The notes: a model not told the origin generated them from the sequence alone. A DNA stretch of 64,000 nt from an uncultured candidate division Zixibacteria bacterium (GCA_963735035.1 CAVTJJ010000004.1:1056001-1120000), one strand, 5' to 3'. Positions 21,951-32,946 are shown, numbered from the stretch's first letter. Translations and numbers: made by a program.

Positions 21951-24900
21951 ATGTATCAGCCCAAACTTTTCCGGTTTGCGTTCCAGCCCCTCTGCGCCAC
22001 ATCGAATTTCACAAGACCAATCAAGACGCTGTTCTTGCTTGGTCTTTTTGCTGTGGTATTGGGTGCCGGTTCCTCGGTTAATGCCGCGGCAACTATTCGA
22101 ACTGATTCGCTGGCCTATGAACCGGGTTCGACCGTCGGGATCATCGGCACCAGCTTCATGGCCGGTGAAAACGTTAACCTGGTCGTGACCTACATTGACG
22201 GAACCCCGCTTGCTCCGGAAGTCCAGAGCAGCTGGACCGTCGTGGCCAGCGGCACCGGCACGATTGAAACCGGTGGTACATCCGGTTACAGCGGTCTGGA
22301 CGGAGGAGAGTTCAAGGGGTTTTCCACTTTCTGGACGATGTTCACGGGTGCGGCACCGGGGGATTCACTCCTGCTGACCGCCACGGGCGGAACCTCGGGA
22401 TACGTGGCAACTACGACGCTCCTTTGTCCGTCAAGCAACTTCGACCAGCTTCAAAATGGCACTCCAACGAACCCGTCGTGGGCAAATGGCAACATCAACC
22501 AGAATAATTCCTGCTATACTGAGGGAAACTCAGTCCCGTTCCGATTCTTCGTGCAAAGCCTCAGTTCCAATTCCACGCATACATTCCAGATATCGTTTGC
22601 TGCCACGAACGGTGGAAAGCACGCTTACGACTATCTTACCCAGTACAACCTGAGCGAGTCGGGGGCGATCATCACGGTGGGCGGTGAATGTAGTTCGGTA
22701 AGCCAGGCAGCGCCGGGTGATTGTGCGACCCCGGTCGCCGTGGTGGCGCTTCGTGATCCTCGTCTAAGCGCCAACTACAACTCCACACCCGGACCGGAGT
22801 TGTCGGGTATCCTTAATCTCTCGTTCCCGATCGACGGCCCTGGCAGTCTGTTTGCCTACAACGCCACCAACGTTACGATCAGCAAGTTCACGATCGGAGG
22901 AACGGTCTCCAATCGCACCTTGACGGCGACCGTTACCTTCAAGACCCTTCATAGCGGCAGTGCCGGTTTCTTCTGGGGCGGGCACATGGCTGAAGGTGTG
23001 ACTCCCGGCTGGGGTGTCAACATGGGGGCCGGTTCGATCACCGGTTCTTCATGGCATATGGATGCCGGTAAGGTCGACGGGTCCGGCGGGATGGTTGGCC
23101 GATCCGTTCAGAAGGGTACTATTTGTGTCGCCCCGACGGTTACTCTTTCCTGCAGTGCCGGTCCTTATTGTACCAACACCACCCAGACCTGCTCTGCGAC
23201 GGCCGGAGCTGGGACTTACTTCTGGACGATCACCGGTGGTACGCTTCTCACCGGCCAGGGTACCAATTCGATCACTTATAAGATTACCGCCTTGGCCGGA
23301 AGCCCGGTTACCGTCGCGGTGAACGCGAGCAACAATAACGGTGGCTGTGCCGGGAGTACTTGCAGCACCGACGCGAGCACACAGTTTACGGCCGAGGACT
23401 GCTGTACCGTGGCGATTACGTGCCCTCCGACCGCTACCGTTGCTTGCAATCAATCCATCAATCCCAGCAATACCGGAACGGCTACTTTCACGACTACCGG
23501 TTCCTGCCCGCTTCCGATAACTGTAAGTTACACCGATACCGAGACCGCCGGTGCCTGCCCGCAAGCGAAGACTGTTTCCCGTCTGTGGAAGGCCACCGAC
23601 GCCAACGGCCAGGTACGTGCTCAGTGCACCCAGACGATCAATGTTATTGATAATGTCGCGCCGGTGCTTTCCAGCGCTCCGGCCAATGTGACGGTTGAAT
23701 GCAGCAGCATTCCGGCTCCGGCCACTCTGACCGCCACCGACAACTGCGATCCGTCGCCGACCGTTGCAATGACGCAGACCACGACTCCTGGTTCCTGCGC
23801 CCAGCGGTATACTTTGACCCGCACCTGGACCGCGACCGATCACTGCGGCAACGCTTCGTCACGCTCGCAGGTCATTACGGTACAGGACACGCAGGCTCCT
23901 ACCATTACGTGTCCGCAGACAGTCACGGTGCAATGCGCCAGTCTGGTGCCGGCGCCTAATACGGCCCTGGTAGTAGTGAGCGACAACTGTGATCCGGCTC
24001 CGGTGGTTGCGTTTGTGAGCGACGTTTCCAACAATCTGACCTGCCCCGAGACGATCACCCGCACCTATCGGGCGACCGATGCCTGTGGCAACTCGGCCAC
24101 TTGCACCCAGCAAATCGTCGTTCATGATACGACCGCGCCGGTTGTGACTTGCCCTGCTCCTGTTTCGGTGCAGTGTCTGGCCGACGTGCCCGCTCCGAAT
24201 CTGGCTTTAGTGAGTGTGACCGACAATTGCGATCCGAACCCGGTCAAGGCCTGGGTGAGCGATCAACTTGGCACCACTACCTGTCCCAAGACCATTACCC
24301 GGACTTACAAAGCTACCGACGCCTGTGGTAACATCGGAAGCTGCACGCAGACTATTACAATAGATGATACTACGCCGCCGGCGATTACCTGCCCGGCTAA
24401 TACGTCGGTGTTGTGCGGCCAGTCCAGCGATCCTGCCCACACCGGCTATGCGACTGCAACCGACAACTGTACCCCCACTGGCAGTATCGTGATTACATAC
24501 GCAGACGTAGCCAACGGCGTAATTACCCGCACCTGGACTGCGACCGATGCCTGTGGCAACCAATCGACTTGCGTTCAAACTATCAACACTCCTCCGGATA
24601 CGGCTCCGCCGGTAATTACATCCTGTGCGGCGCCGGTAACGGTTGACTGCTTCGCCGATGTTCCCGCGCCGAACCCGGCGCTGGTCGTGGCCACTGATGC
24701 CTGTGACCCGAATCCGGTGACTACTTTTGTAAATGACGTACAAACCGGTTCGAGCTGTCCGTATACGGTTACCCGGACTTATCGCGTAACGGACGCTTCG
24801 GGCAACTCGTCAACCTGTACTCAGACAATTACAATCGACGACAACACGCCGCCAGTATTGGTCGGCACGCCGGCCAATGTAACGGTGAGCTGCGATGCTA

Positions 24901-27900
24901 TCCCGGCCCCGGCGACAGTGACGGCGACCGACAATTGCGCCGGAGTGACGGTCAACTATGACCAGTCCGATACTCCCGGCGCCTGTGCTCAGGCCAAGAC
25001 GATCACGCGCACCTGGACCGCGACCGATTTCTGCGGCAACCAGACGGCCTACTCGCAGACTATCACGGTTGTAGACAACACCGCGCCGGTGATTACGAGC
25101 TCTCCGGGTGCTGTCTCAGTACAGTGTGTAGCGAATATCCCGGTTCCTAATACTACCCTGGTAACGGCCACCGACAATTGCGATCCTGCTCCTGTGATTT
25201 CGTTCGTGAGCGATGTTTCCAACGGCCTGACTTGTCCGGAGACTTTCACGCGCACCTACAAGGCCCTGGATGCCTGTGGCAATGTGTCGTTCTGTACGCA
25301 GACGATAACGGTTCACGATACCACGCCGCCGACGATTTCCGGTCCGGCACCGGTCTCAGTTCAGTGTCTGACAGCAGTCCCGACACCCAACCCGGCTCTG
25401 TGCTCGGCGAGCGACAACTGTGACCCGACGCCCACTATCACCTTCGTGAGCGATGTGCCGAACGGTTCCGGCTGCCCGATAACCATCACTCGCACCTACA
25501 ATGCGACTGACGATTGCGGCAACTCGGTGACTTGTACTCAGACAATTACGGTTCACGACCAGACCGCGCCGCAGATCACCGACCCCGCGCCGGTCTCCGT
25601 ACAGTGTATGGGAGAAGTGCCTCAGCCGAATCCGACCCTGTGCACGGCTACTGACAACTGCGACCCGACCCCGACCGTCACGTTTGTGAGCGACGTCCCG
25701 AACGGCTCCGGTTGCCCTATGACTATCACTCGCACCTACAAGGCGACCGACGATTGCGGCAATGAGGCGACCTGTACGCAGACGATCACGGTGAATGACC
25801 AGACGCCGCCGCAAATTACCTGTCCGGCGCCGGTTTCGGTCCAGTGTCTGTCTCAGGTGCCGACACCTAACCCGGCTTTGTGTGTGGCGACCGACAACTG
25901 TGATCCGAATCCGACCGTTGCTTTTGTGAGCGACGTTCCGAATGGCACCGGTTGCCCGATGACCATCACTCGTACTTACAAGGCGACGGATGATTGCGGC
26001 AACGAGGCGACCTGTACGCAGACAATCACGGTCAATGATCAGACCCCCCCGCAGGTAACTTGTCCCGCGCCGATATCGGTACAGTGCGCGTCGCTGGTGC
26101 CGGCTCCGAACACGGCTCTGTGTATGGCGACCGACAACTGTGACCCGAATCCGGTTATCGCTTTCGTGAGCGACGTCTCCAACGGTCTGTCGTGTCCGGA
26201 GACGATCACCCGTACTTACAAGGCGACCGACGATTGCGGCAACGTCGCGACCAGCACTCAGACGATTACGATACATGATTTGACTGCGCCGCAGTTGACC
26301 TGCCCGGCGCCGGTAACGGTTCAGTGTATGTCGGCGGTTCCGCAGCCGAACCCGACACTGTGCACGGCCACTGACAATTGCGATCCGACTCCGACCGTTA
26401 CTTTTGTAAGCGATGTTCCGAACGGTTCCGGTTGTCCTCTGACCATCACGCGTACCTACAAGGCGACCGATGATTGCGGCAACGAGACATTCTGCACGCA
26501 GACGATTACGGTGAACGACCAGACCCCGCCGCAGATTTCCTGTCCGGGTCCTCTTGCTTTCTCCTGCGTAGGCGACGTGCCGCAGGCGAATCCGGCTCTT
26601 TGCACTGCCACCGACAATTGTGATCCGAATCCGGTGGTGGTGTGGGTGAGCGATGTGCCTCTGGGCTCGTGCCCGATGACCATAACTCGCACTTACAAGG
26701 CTACTGATAATTGCGGCAATCAGGCTACCTGTCAGCAGATCATCACGGTGCATGACCAGACGCCACCACAAATGGTGGGATGTCCGGCCAACGTGACCGT
26801 GGAATGCAACAATATCCCGGCGCCGGCCAATGTGACGGCCACGGACAACTGTTCCGGTGTAACGGTTGCCATGGTGGAGACCACCATTCCCGGTGCGTGC
26901 GCTCAGTTCTACACTATCACTCGCACATGGACGGCTACCGACGGCTGTAACAATCATGCTTCATGCCAGCAGACCATAACGGTCCATGACACCACGCCGC
27001 CGCAAGTTACCTGTCCCGATGCGATTACGGTTAACTGTCTTGGCGAGGTGCCGTCGCCAAATACGGCGCTTGTCATAGCCAACGACAATTGCGATCCCAA
27101 TCCCACGATCACTTTCGTGTCCGACGTTCGCGAAGGGACCGGCTGCCCGATGTACGTCGCTCGCACTTACCGTGCGGTCGATGCCTGTGGCAATGCGGCT
27201 ACCTGCACGCAGATGATTACTATAGATGATCGGTTGGCGCCGCAATTGTCCGGTTGCCCGCAGAATGTCACAGTGAGCTGTGGCCAGATTCCGCCGGTCG
27301 CTACCGTGACGGCCACCGACAACTGTGACGGTACGGTGAGCGTCACTCTCAACGAGGTTACTACTCCCGGGAGCTGTACTTACAACTACACGGTAACTCG
27401 TACCTGGACCGCGTCGGACATCTGTGGGAACCAGGCGCAGTGTCAACAGGTCATTACGGTTCGTGACGACACCGACCCTGAGATGACCTGCCCGGCCCCG
27501 CTCACGGTACAGTGTATCGGCGAAGTGCCACAGCCGAATCCGGCATCGGTGACCGTGTCCGACAACTGCGATCCGCATCCGGTCGTCTCGTTCGTGAGCG
27601 ACGTGCGCGGGCCTCAAAGCTGTTCGACCCTGATCATGCGTACTTATCGGGCCGTGGATGCCTGTGGCAACGAGGCCACTTGCACGCAGATGATTACGCT
27701 GAACGATGAGACACCGCCTGTCTTTACAACTTTCCCAACCGATCAGAACTTGTCCCAGTGTCAACCGACTCAGATTTGTTTGCCGGTGGTGGCTTCCGAC
27801 AATTGCCTTGGCAGTGTGGTCTATTCCGTGACGGCCGGTCAGGGCGCCATAGCCAACGGGCAATGGTGTTTCACACCGACCGCTTCGACCTCATTCGCGG

Positions 27901-30026
27901 TTACCGTCAGAGCGGCTGATACCTGCGGCAATTTTGTAGAGAGAACCTTTAACCTGGCCGTTCAAGTCAACCGGGTGCCGTCGTTCACCAATTGTCCGAC
28001 CAATGCCCAGGTTCACTGGGGTCAGACTTACACGGTTGATCTTGATGCGACCGATCTGGATGCCGGTCAGACTTTGACCTACAGCCTCTGTCCGAGCGCT
28101 CCGGCCGGAGCGTCGATAAACCCGACCACCGGCGTGCTGACATTTGCCGCGACCGCGCACGACATCTGCGATCCGAGCCTGTGTGTCATCGTCAAGGACA
28201 ACTGCAATTCGGCCGATACCTGCTCGTTCGACATCTGTGTCACCAACGATCCGCCGGTGATCACGTGTCCGGAATCGCAGACCCTTTGCTACGGCTATCC
28301 GCTCGAGACCCAGGTGACTGCGACGGATCCCGACCACGGCCCGTACCAGTTCTTCCATCTGGTCAACGGTCCGGCCGGTCTGCAGGTCAACGCCACTACG
28401 GGTCAGGTGACCTGGCCGAATCCGGTTCCCGGTTCGTACCAGGTGTGCGTCACGGTTACCGACAGTGCTGCGGTCTGTTCGCCGTGCAGCCCGTCGAATT
28501 CCGATACTTGCTGTTTTGCGGTGAACATTGTATCGCTCGACCTGGTCATCGAAAAACTTCACGATCAGATTCAGGGTCAATACACTGACGTCAGCATTGA
28601 TTTCAAGAACCAGGGCACGAACTGGCCGATAGCCGGTTTCGACCTGCTCATACAGTATGACGGCACGGCGCTGAGCTTCCAGATGGCGACCGAAGGCAAG
28701 TTCTTCACCGACTGTGCCTGGGAGTATTTCACCTATCGCTTTGGCGCCAATGGCAACTGCGGCGGTGGCGCATGTCCGTCGGGTATAGTACGCATCGTCG
28801 GGATGGCCGAAACTTCGGGCGGCAACATGGCCAACCACCCGGACTGCTATTCCAACGACGGCATTCCGAATCCAGGCCCCGGATCGACGACCTCAACCGA
28901 AATGGCGAATCTCAGATTCCTGGTCTCGGATAACCGTACGCTGGAATGTCAGTACGTTCCGATTCGTTTTGTCTGGTACGATTGCGGCGACAACGCCCTT
29001 TCGAACGTGCGTGGCGATACCATGTACGTATCACACTTCGTCTATGACTACGCCGGCGAGACCGGCCTTCCCCCGGTGGTGCAGTGGAACGACATTACCG
29101 GTCTGGACAATGACATGCCGACATTCACCGGTGCTCCGTCGCCGCAGTGTGATACCAGGTTTAAGTTCTGGCCGGTACGTTGTGCCAACTTCTACAACGG
29201 CGGTGTGGATATAATTTGCGCCGATTCGATCGACGCTCCTGGCGACATCAACCTGAACAACGTGGCGTATGAAATCGCCGACGCCGTAATGCTGACCAAT
29301 TACTTCACCATCGGCATGTCGGCTTTCGAAGGACACATTGAAGGCTCAATTGCGGCGTCCGATGTCAACCGTGACGGTCTCACGCTGTCAGTCGCCGACC
29401 TGGTTCTGCTGATTCGGGTGGTGGTAGGTGACTGCCTGCCGTACGCCAAGGAAATGCCGATGGCGCCTGTGGCCGCGGGATATTCCGTCGACGACGGAGT
29501 GGTGGCGGTATCGACCGACGTTGATATAAGCGGCGCTGCTCTCGTGGTGCGCGGAAACGTGGCGCCGGAGCTGCTGGCTACCGGTATGGACATGGCTTAC
29601 GCGTACGACGGCACGGTCACACGGATCGTTGTAACACCGCCGGTCAACGCGACTTCGATGCATTCCTTCCGCGGGGCCTTCATAAAGGGTATATACGGCG
29701 ACATCGTGTCGCTTGAGTTGGCCACGGCTCAGGGTGTCCCGGTGACGGCTCGAAACGTACCCGCGCGGTACTCGCTGAGCCAGAACTATCCGAACCCGTT
29801 CAACCCGATGACGACAGTCGAGTTTGCCTTACCGGCGGCCGGAGACTACCGTCTGACGATCTACAACATTGAAGGTCGCCAGGTGGATGTGTTCGAAGGA
29901 CGCGCGGACGCGCCGGGTGTATTCCGGATTGACTGGAATGCAGTTGACCGGGCCAGCGGTGTGTACCTGTACCGACTTGATGCCGGGAAGTTCTCACAGA
30001 CCCGCAAGATGTTGCTCTTGAAGTAG
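21951..30026 (+). CDS. Giant (~2690 aa) Cys-rich secreted protein: HYR-like repeats, Ig/cadherin-like domains, cohesin-like domain, dockerin, C-terminal sorting (T9SS/FlgD-like) tail
   Basis: GGAG RBS and signal peptide; 18 repeats of ~80 aa (TDNCD...TRTY.ATD.CGN...CTQTITV.D..PP); dockerin GDINLNN...IADAV / SDVNRDG...VADLV; tail LSQNYPNPFNP...ASGVYLYRL...RKMLLLK. Confidence 0.9.
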   Translation: MYQPKLFRFAFQPLCATSNFTRPIKTLFLLGLFAVVLGAGSSVNAAATIRTDSLAYEPGSTVGIIGTSFMAGENVNLVVTYIDGTPLAPEVQSSWTVVASGTGTIETGGTSGYSGLDGGEFKGFSTFWTMFTGAAPGDSLLLTATGGTSGYVATTTLLCPSSNFDQLQNGTPTNPSWANGNINQNNSCYTEGNSVPFRFFVQSLSSNSTHTFQISFAATNGGKHAYDYLTQYNLSESGAIITVGGECSSVSQAAPGDCATPVAVVALRDPRLSANYNSTPGPELSGILNLSFPIDGPGSLFAYNATNVTISKFTIGGTVSNRTLTATVTFKTLHSGSAGFFWGGHMAEGVTPGWGVNMGAGSITGSSWHMDAGKVDGSGGMVGRSVQKGTICVAPTVTLSCSAGPYCTNTTQTCSATAGAGTYFWTITGGTLLTGQGTNSITYKITALAGSPVTVAVNASNNNGGCAGSTCSTDASTQFTAEDCCTVAITCPPTATVACNQSINPSNTGTATFTTTGSCPLPITVSYTDTETAGACPQAKTVSRLWKATDANGQVRAQCTQTINVIDNVAPVLSSAPANVTVECSSIPAPATLTATDNCDPSPTVAMTQTTTPGSCAQRYTLTRTWTATDHCGNASSRSQVITVQDTQAPTITCPQTVTVQCASLVPAPNTALVVVSDNCDPAPVVAFVSDVSNNLTCPETITRTYRATDACGNSATCTQQIVVHDTTAPVVTCPAPVSVQCLADVPAPNLALVSVTDNCDPNPVKAWVSDQLGTTTCPKTITRTYKATDACGNIGSCTQTITIDDTTPPAITCPANTSVLCGQSSDPAHTGYATATDNCTPTGSIVITYADVANGVITRTWTATDACGNQSTCVQTINTPPDTAPPVITSCAAPVTVDCFADVPAPNPALVVATDACDPNPVTTFVNDVQTGSSCPYTVTRTYRVTDASGNSSTCTQTITIDDNTPPVLVGTPANVTVSCDAIPAPATVTATDNCAGVTVNYDQSDTPGACAQAKTITRTWTATDFCGNQTAYSQTITVVDNTAPVITSSPGAVSVQCVANIPVPNTTLVTATDNCDPAPVISFVSDVSNGLTCPETFTRTYKALDACGNVSFCTQTITVHDTTPPTISGPAPVSVQCLTAVPTPNPALCSASDNCDPTPTITFVSDVPNGSGCPITITRTYNATDDCGNSVTCTQTITVHDQTAPQITDPAPVSVQCMGEVPQPNPTLCTATDNCDPTPTVTFVSDVPNGSGCPMTITRTYKATDDCGNEATCTQTITVNDQTPPQITCPAPVSVQCLSQVPTPNPALCVATDNCDPNPTVAFVSDVPNGTGCPMTITRTYKATDDCGNEATCTQTITVNDQTPPQVTCPAPISVQCASLVPAPNTALCMATDNCDPNPVIAFVSDVSNGLSCPETITRTYKATDDCGNVATSTQTITIHDLTAPQLTCPAPVTVQCMSAVPQPNPTLCTATDNCDPTPTVTFVSDVPNGSGCPLTITRTYKATDDCGNETFCTQTITVNDQTPPQISCPGPLAFSCVGDVPQANPALCTATDNCDPNPVVVWVSDVPLGSCPMTITRTYKATDNCGNQATCQQIITVHDQTPPQMVGCPANVTVECNNIPAPANVTATDNCSGVTVAMVETTIPGACAQFYTITRTWTATDGCNNHASCQQTITVHDTTPPQVTCPDAITVNCLGEVPSPNTALVIANDNCDPNPTITFVSDVREGTGCPMYVARTYRAVDACGNAATCTQMITIDDRLAPQLSGCPQNVTVSCGQIPPVATVTATDNCDGTVSVTLNEVTTPGSCTYNYTVTRTWTASDICGNQAQCQQVITVRDDTDPEMTCPAPLTVQCIGEVPQPNPASVTVSDNCDPHPVVSFVSDVRGPQSCSTLIMRTYRAVDACGNEATCTQMITLNDETPPVFTTFPTDQNLSQCQPTQICLPVVASDNCLGSVVYSVTAGQGAIANGQWCFTPTASTSFAVTVRAADTCGNFVERTFNLAVQVNRVPSFTNCPTNAQVHWGQTYTVDLDATDLDAGQTLTYSLCPSAPAGASINPTTGVLTFAATAHDICDPSLCVIVKDNCNSADTCSFDICVTNDPPVITCPESQTLCYGYPLETQVTATDPDHGPYQFFHLVNGPAGLQVNATTGQVTWPNPVPGSYQVCVTVTDSAAVCSPCSPSNSDTCCFAVNIVSLDLVIEKLHDQIQGQYTDVSIDFKNQGTNWPIAGFDLLIQYDGTALSFQMATEGKFFTDCAWEYFTYRFGANGNCGGGACPSGIVRIVGMAETSGGNMANHPDCYSNDGIPNPGPGSTTSTEMANLRFLVSDNRTLECQYVPIRFVWYDCGDNALSNVRGDTMYVSHFVYDYAGETGLPPVVQWNDITGLDNDMPTFTGAPSPQCDTRFKFWPVRCANFYNGGVDIICADSIDAPGDINLNNVAYEIADAVMLTNYFTIGMSAFEGHIEGSIAASDVNRDGLTLSVADLVLLIRVVVGDCLPYAKEMPMAPVAAGYSVDDGVVAVSTDVDISGAALVVRGNVAPELLATGMDMAYAYDGTVTRIVVTPPVNATSMHSFRGAFIKGIYGDIVSLELATAQGVPVTARNVPARYSLSQNYPNPFNPMTTVEFALPAAGDYRLTIYNIEGRQVDVFEGRADAPGVFRIDWNAVDRASGVYLYRLDAGKFSQTRKMLLLK
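23404..27719 (+). repeat. Intragenic tandem repeat array, ~240-bp period, 18 units
   Basis: Units counted from the translation; those at ~25315-26770 are visibly the most similar at DNA level (e.g. recurring gtgagcgacgt..ccgaacggttccgg, tacaaggcgaccga.gattgcggcaa). Confidence 0.9.
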
Positions 30027-30063
30027 ACGTTCGATCTCGTCCTATGAAGGACGGCTGAAATAG

Positions 30064-30096
30064 AAGGCCCCTCGGTCACGGCAACCGAGGGGCCTT
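30064..30096. terminator. Intrinsic terminator between convergent genes
   Basis: Perfect 13-bp stem AAGGCCCCTCGGT / ACCGAGGGGCCTT with a 7-nt loop. Confidence 0.8.
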
Positions 30097-30158
30097 TATC
30101 TTGCTTACACTGTTCGAGGACGAATTAGAGACGGCGGCAACCGGAAGATTCCCTGCGT

Positions 30159-32870
30159 TTACATTATCACCACCAGCTTGCCGATCTGGACGTTACCTTT
30201 GTCGTCCTCGACGGTCCAGTAATAGAGTCCCGCGACCACCAATTGGGCGTTGCGGTTGATAAGATCCCAGGTGTCGTGGTTGGCGAGATAATCATCGGCA
30301 TCCCGTTCGTGATGCAATTCTCTGATCAAGTCGCCGTCGAGTGAGAAGATGCGAATGTCGCATTTGGGCGGAAGGTTAGCGAAGTGTATCAGCCGGGTCT
30401 TGTCTTCGGGTACCGTCATGTGCCCCCGACCCTCGTAGCCGGTCGCGCGATAGTCGTCATCTATACGATACGGATTCGGATACACGAATGCCTTCAGGTC
30501 CTGGTTCGCGATGTCGTCCGAAGAAGCGAGAGGGAAGACCGCCTTGGGGAGCAGCGCCGGGCTTGTCTCAAGACCGGGCAGGTCCAATTCAGGAAAGCCA
30601 TAGTCAAAGGCCGTTACGTTGACATAATAGGATACTGTCGGAAGCAGATCGTCGAAAGTGTACTCGTATTCATAGTACTTAAGATAGCCGTCGGGTGTGA
30701 AGTAGAGCGTGTCACCGCGATCGGGGAAGTAGTGTTGGAGAGAATCGGGATTGACGTACGGCGGTTTGGGCGAATAAGGATATACCTTTCGGATCTGGGT
30801 CGTGGCGATTGACGGGTCGTCCGACATGACCGAGCGATTGTCGCTCTGCGGAGTGAAGAAGTAGACCGCGTCTTTGCCCTTGGGGCCTCCGAGAATAACG
30901 AGCGGTCGGGTCCGGGGATAGTTGTCCGGGTGCCAGGTAACGTCATTGCACGAGTCTCCGTAAATGCAGCGAAGTTCCTGGAGGGTGAACGGGGGATCGG
31001 TCAGAACGAATCGTTTCGACGCGCTGTCCCAGCGCCAGCGATTGTAGTCTTCGCGATCGTACGAATCAACCAGCGAGAAGCTGGAAGGGCGGTCGTCTCT
31101 CGCGATGTAAACGCGATAACCTTCGAAGTCATATTCGCGGGTAAACGGGTCGGCGGTGTTTTCGGCCATAACGCCGTTCCAGACTAGTCTTATGCTCCCA
31201 ACTTCGGGATAAACCCTCAATCCGCGCAAGGTATCGCCCTGCGCATTTATGAACGTGTAGGTCGACGGATTGGGCGGGGGGGAAGCGCCGCGCAAATCAG
31301 GAATGCCGTCACCCTTGCGCCAGACCGTGTCCACCGCGGCGTAGGCCCAGTGACACTCAACATAATTGGTGTCCGGGGTGGCGTTCGTATCTACAAGGGT
31401 ATCGCAGACCAGCACGGAGTCGTCGCCCAGGTTGCAGAGCGTATACTCACCGGCGTAGCCGTCGCTGTCAGTGTCCACGCCCGGATTGTCGTACACCCAC
31501 TCCGCCCAGGTAGAGCTGGTGAAAAGGGAGTCGAAGTGGACGTTCTTGTACCACTGCTCAGGGTTATCGGGGAGATTCTCGATGTTGTCCGGGTCGCGAT
31601 GAAACTTCATGCCCGCGACATAAGCGAATGCCAGCGGTAGAGTTTGCCCCGGGTCCAGGGCAAACGGACCAAAAGACAACAGGTAGCGGGAGTCCAACCC
31701 CGAGACCACCGAGTCTATCCATTGCGGTGGAGGAGTCACCCAGGTGCCGTCAAGAAATTGAATCTTACCGATCATGACCTGATCGTAGTCGTGTTCGCCG
31801 TTGCGAAGAAAATGGTACGAGTTGCGGTCACCCCACGGCGTGCCCAGGTTTCCGAAGCCGAGATCGCGGTAGCTGGCGATCGCCTGAGGTCCGAAATCCC
31901 GATAAGGGGTTGACCAGTCTGTCGACCACCAGTTGAAGGAAACTCGGAGCGAGTCCACGGGGGTGCGGATAATTCTGGCTCCGGTTATGTTCGGCATCCA
32001 TGCAAAGTCCTGTGGTCGCTTCAAGTCGCCGTCGTTGTCGGCCATCCAGGCCAGGTTTACGAGATCACTGTCGGGGGCACACGGTTCCTTGAGATATTGG
32101 GCCGGCTGGTATTCCTTGAATCCGCAGAGATCATCGCGACCGTAGTCGGCCTTGCTTATTGGTAGATTGACAAACACATCGGCGTCGATGTAGAGACCAA
32201 TGTACACCTGTCGCAGTCGTTCTTCCCCAATGTTCTTGATGTCGCAATCGAACAGCACGAAATCCTGGGCATACGAATACGACCAGGAATAGGAACGCTG
32301 GGTAACCTCCACGTTCAGCGGTTGATGGGGCCGATAGTCGAATGCGTCAGGTCGCACACCCGGACAACGATGGCAGGTGTCAGAATAAGTCGCAATGAAG
32401 TCCTGCTCCGAGATTGCTCCTTCAAAGCGGGGGCTGGTCGGATCGAGCGTCGAACGGGCGATAAGATTTCCGTACGGGGCTTCTGCCGGATGAAATTCGC
32501 TGCTGCGCCCGGAGGCGTCAATTCCGGTAGAAACCAGCGTATCACGCCCCACGACCGCACCCACCCAGAGCGCTCCGGTCGAAAGATAGATCGCGTACGA
32601 ACCTTTCGGGTAAACACACATCGAAATGATATGACCGGTAAAACAGTCCCGCGTGAACATGCCATCGTGACCATGGCCGAAATATCCGGCATTGGTGATC
32701 GGAAGCGCCAGACGGCCGACATCGTGAATCGACGAACAGTATGAGGGTGACGAGAACAAGGCGCTTCCCTGAGTCCCTCTGGCCCCCCCCGATTGCGCAT
32801 TTGCGAGCGTTGTCATACCAAAAAATGCAGCGAGTATGCTGCCAATCGTCTTCGAGGTGAATATCTTCAT
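30159..32870 (-). CDS. Large secreted protein with C-terminal sorting-like domain, paralog 2
   Basis: Signal peptide MKIFTSK...ANAQ; WVYDNPGVDTDSDGYAG, DFEGYRV, VTAFDYG, VYPNPYR, FANLPP, GLYYWTV, GKLVVIM. Confidence 0.8.
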   Translation of the reverse strand: MKIFTSKTIGSILAAFFGMTTLANAQSGGARGTQGSALFSSPSYCSSIHDVGRLALPITNAGYFGHGHDGMFTRDCFTGHIISMCVYPKGSYAIYLSTGALWVGAVVGRDTLVSTGIDASGRSSEFHPAEAPYGNLIARSTLDPTSPRFEGAISEQDFIATYSDTCHRCPGVRPDAFDYRPHQPLNVEVTQRSYSWSYSYAQDFVLFDCDIKNIGEERLRQVYIGLYIDADVFVNLPISKADYGRDDLCGFKEYQPAQYLKEPCAPDSDLVNLAWMADNDGDLKRPQDFAWMPNITGARIIRTPVDSLRVSFNWWSTDWSTPYRDFGPQAIASYRDLGFGNLGTPWGDRNSYHFLRNGEHDYDQVMIGKIQFLDGTWVTPPPQWIDSVVSGLDSRYLLSFGPFALDPGQTLPLAFAYVAGMKFHRDPDNIENLPDNPEQWYKNVHFDSLFTSSTWAEWVYDNPGVDTDSDGYAGEYTLCNLGDDSVLVCDTLVDTNATPDTNYVECHWAYAAVDTVWRKGDGIPDLRGASPPPNPSTYTFINAQGDTLRGLRVYPEVGSIRLVWNGVMAENTADPFTREYDFEGYRVYIARDDRPSSFSLVDSYDREDYNRWRWDSASKRFVLTDPPFTLQELRCIYGDSCNDVTWHPDNYPRTRPLVILGGPKGKDAVYFFTPQSDNRSVMSDDPSIATTQIRKVYPYSPKPPYVNPDSLQHYFPDRGDTLYFTPDGYLKYYEYEYTFDDLLPTVSYYVNVTAFDYGFPELDLPGLETSPALLPKAVFPLASSDDIANQDLKAFVYPNPYRIDDDYRATGYEGRGHMTVPEDKTRLIHFANLPPKCDIRIFSLDGDLIRELHHERDADDYLANHDTWDLINRNAQLVVAGLYYWTVEDDKGNVQIGKLVVIM

Positions 32871-32946
32871 GGTGCCTGTTTCGGTCATTATGGTGCGGGT
32901 GGCCTCAGCGTGAGTACGGTTCGCAGGGCCGGGCAATTCCCGTTCA

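Noticed and set aside
23404..27719. Possible CRISPR array or DGR-like repeats
   Set aside because: The period is ~240 bp and in frame, with no short repeat/unique spacer pattern; no cas or reverse transcriptase gene is in the window.
25356..28838. Long antisense ORFs (533, 300 and 315 aa) inside the giant gene
   Set aside because: Shadow frames of a repetitive, GC-rich Thr/Val/Cys coding strand; the Arg/His-rich translations have no recognisable motifs.
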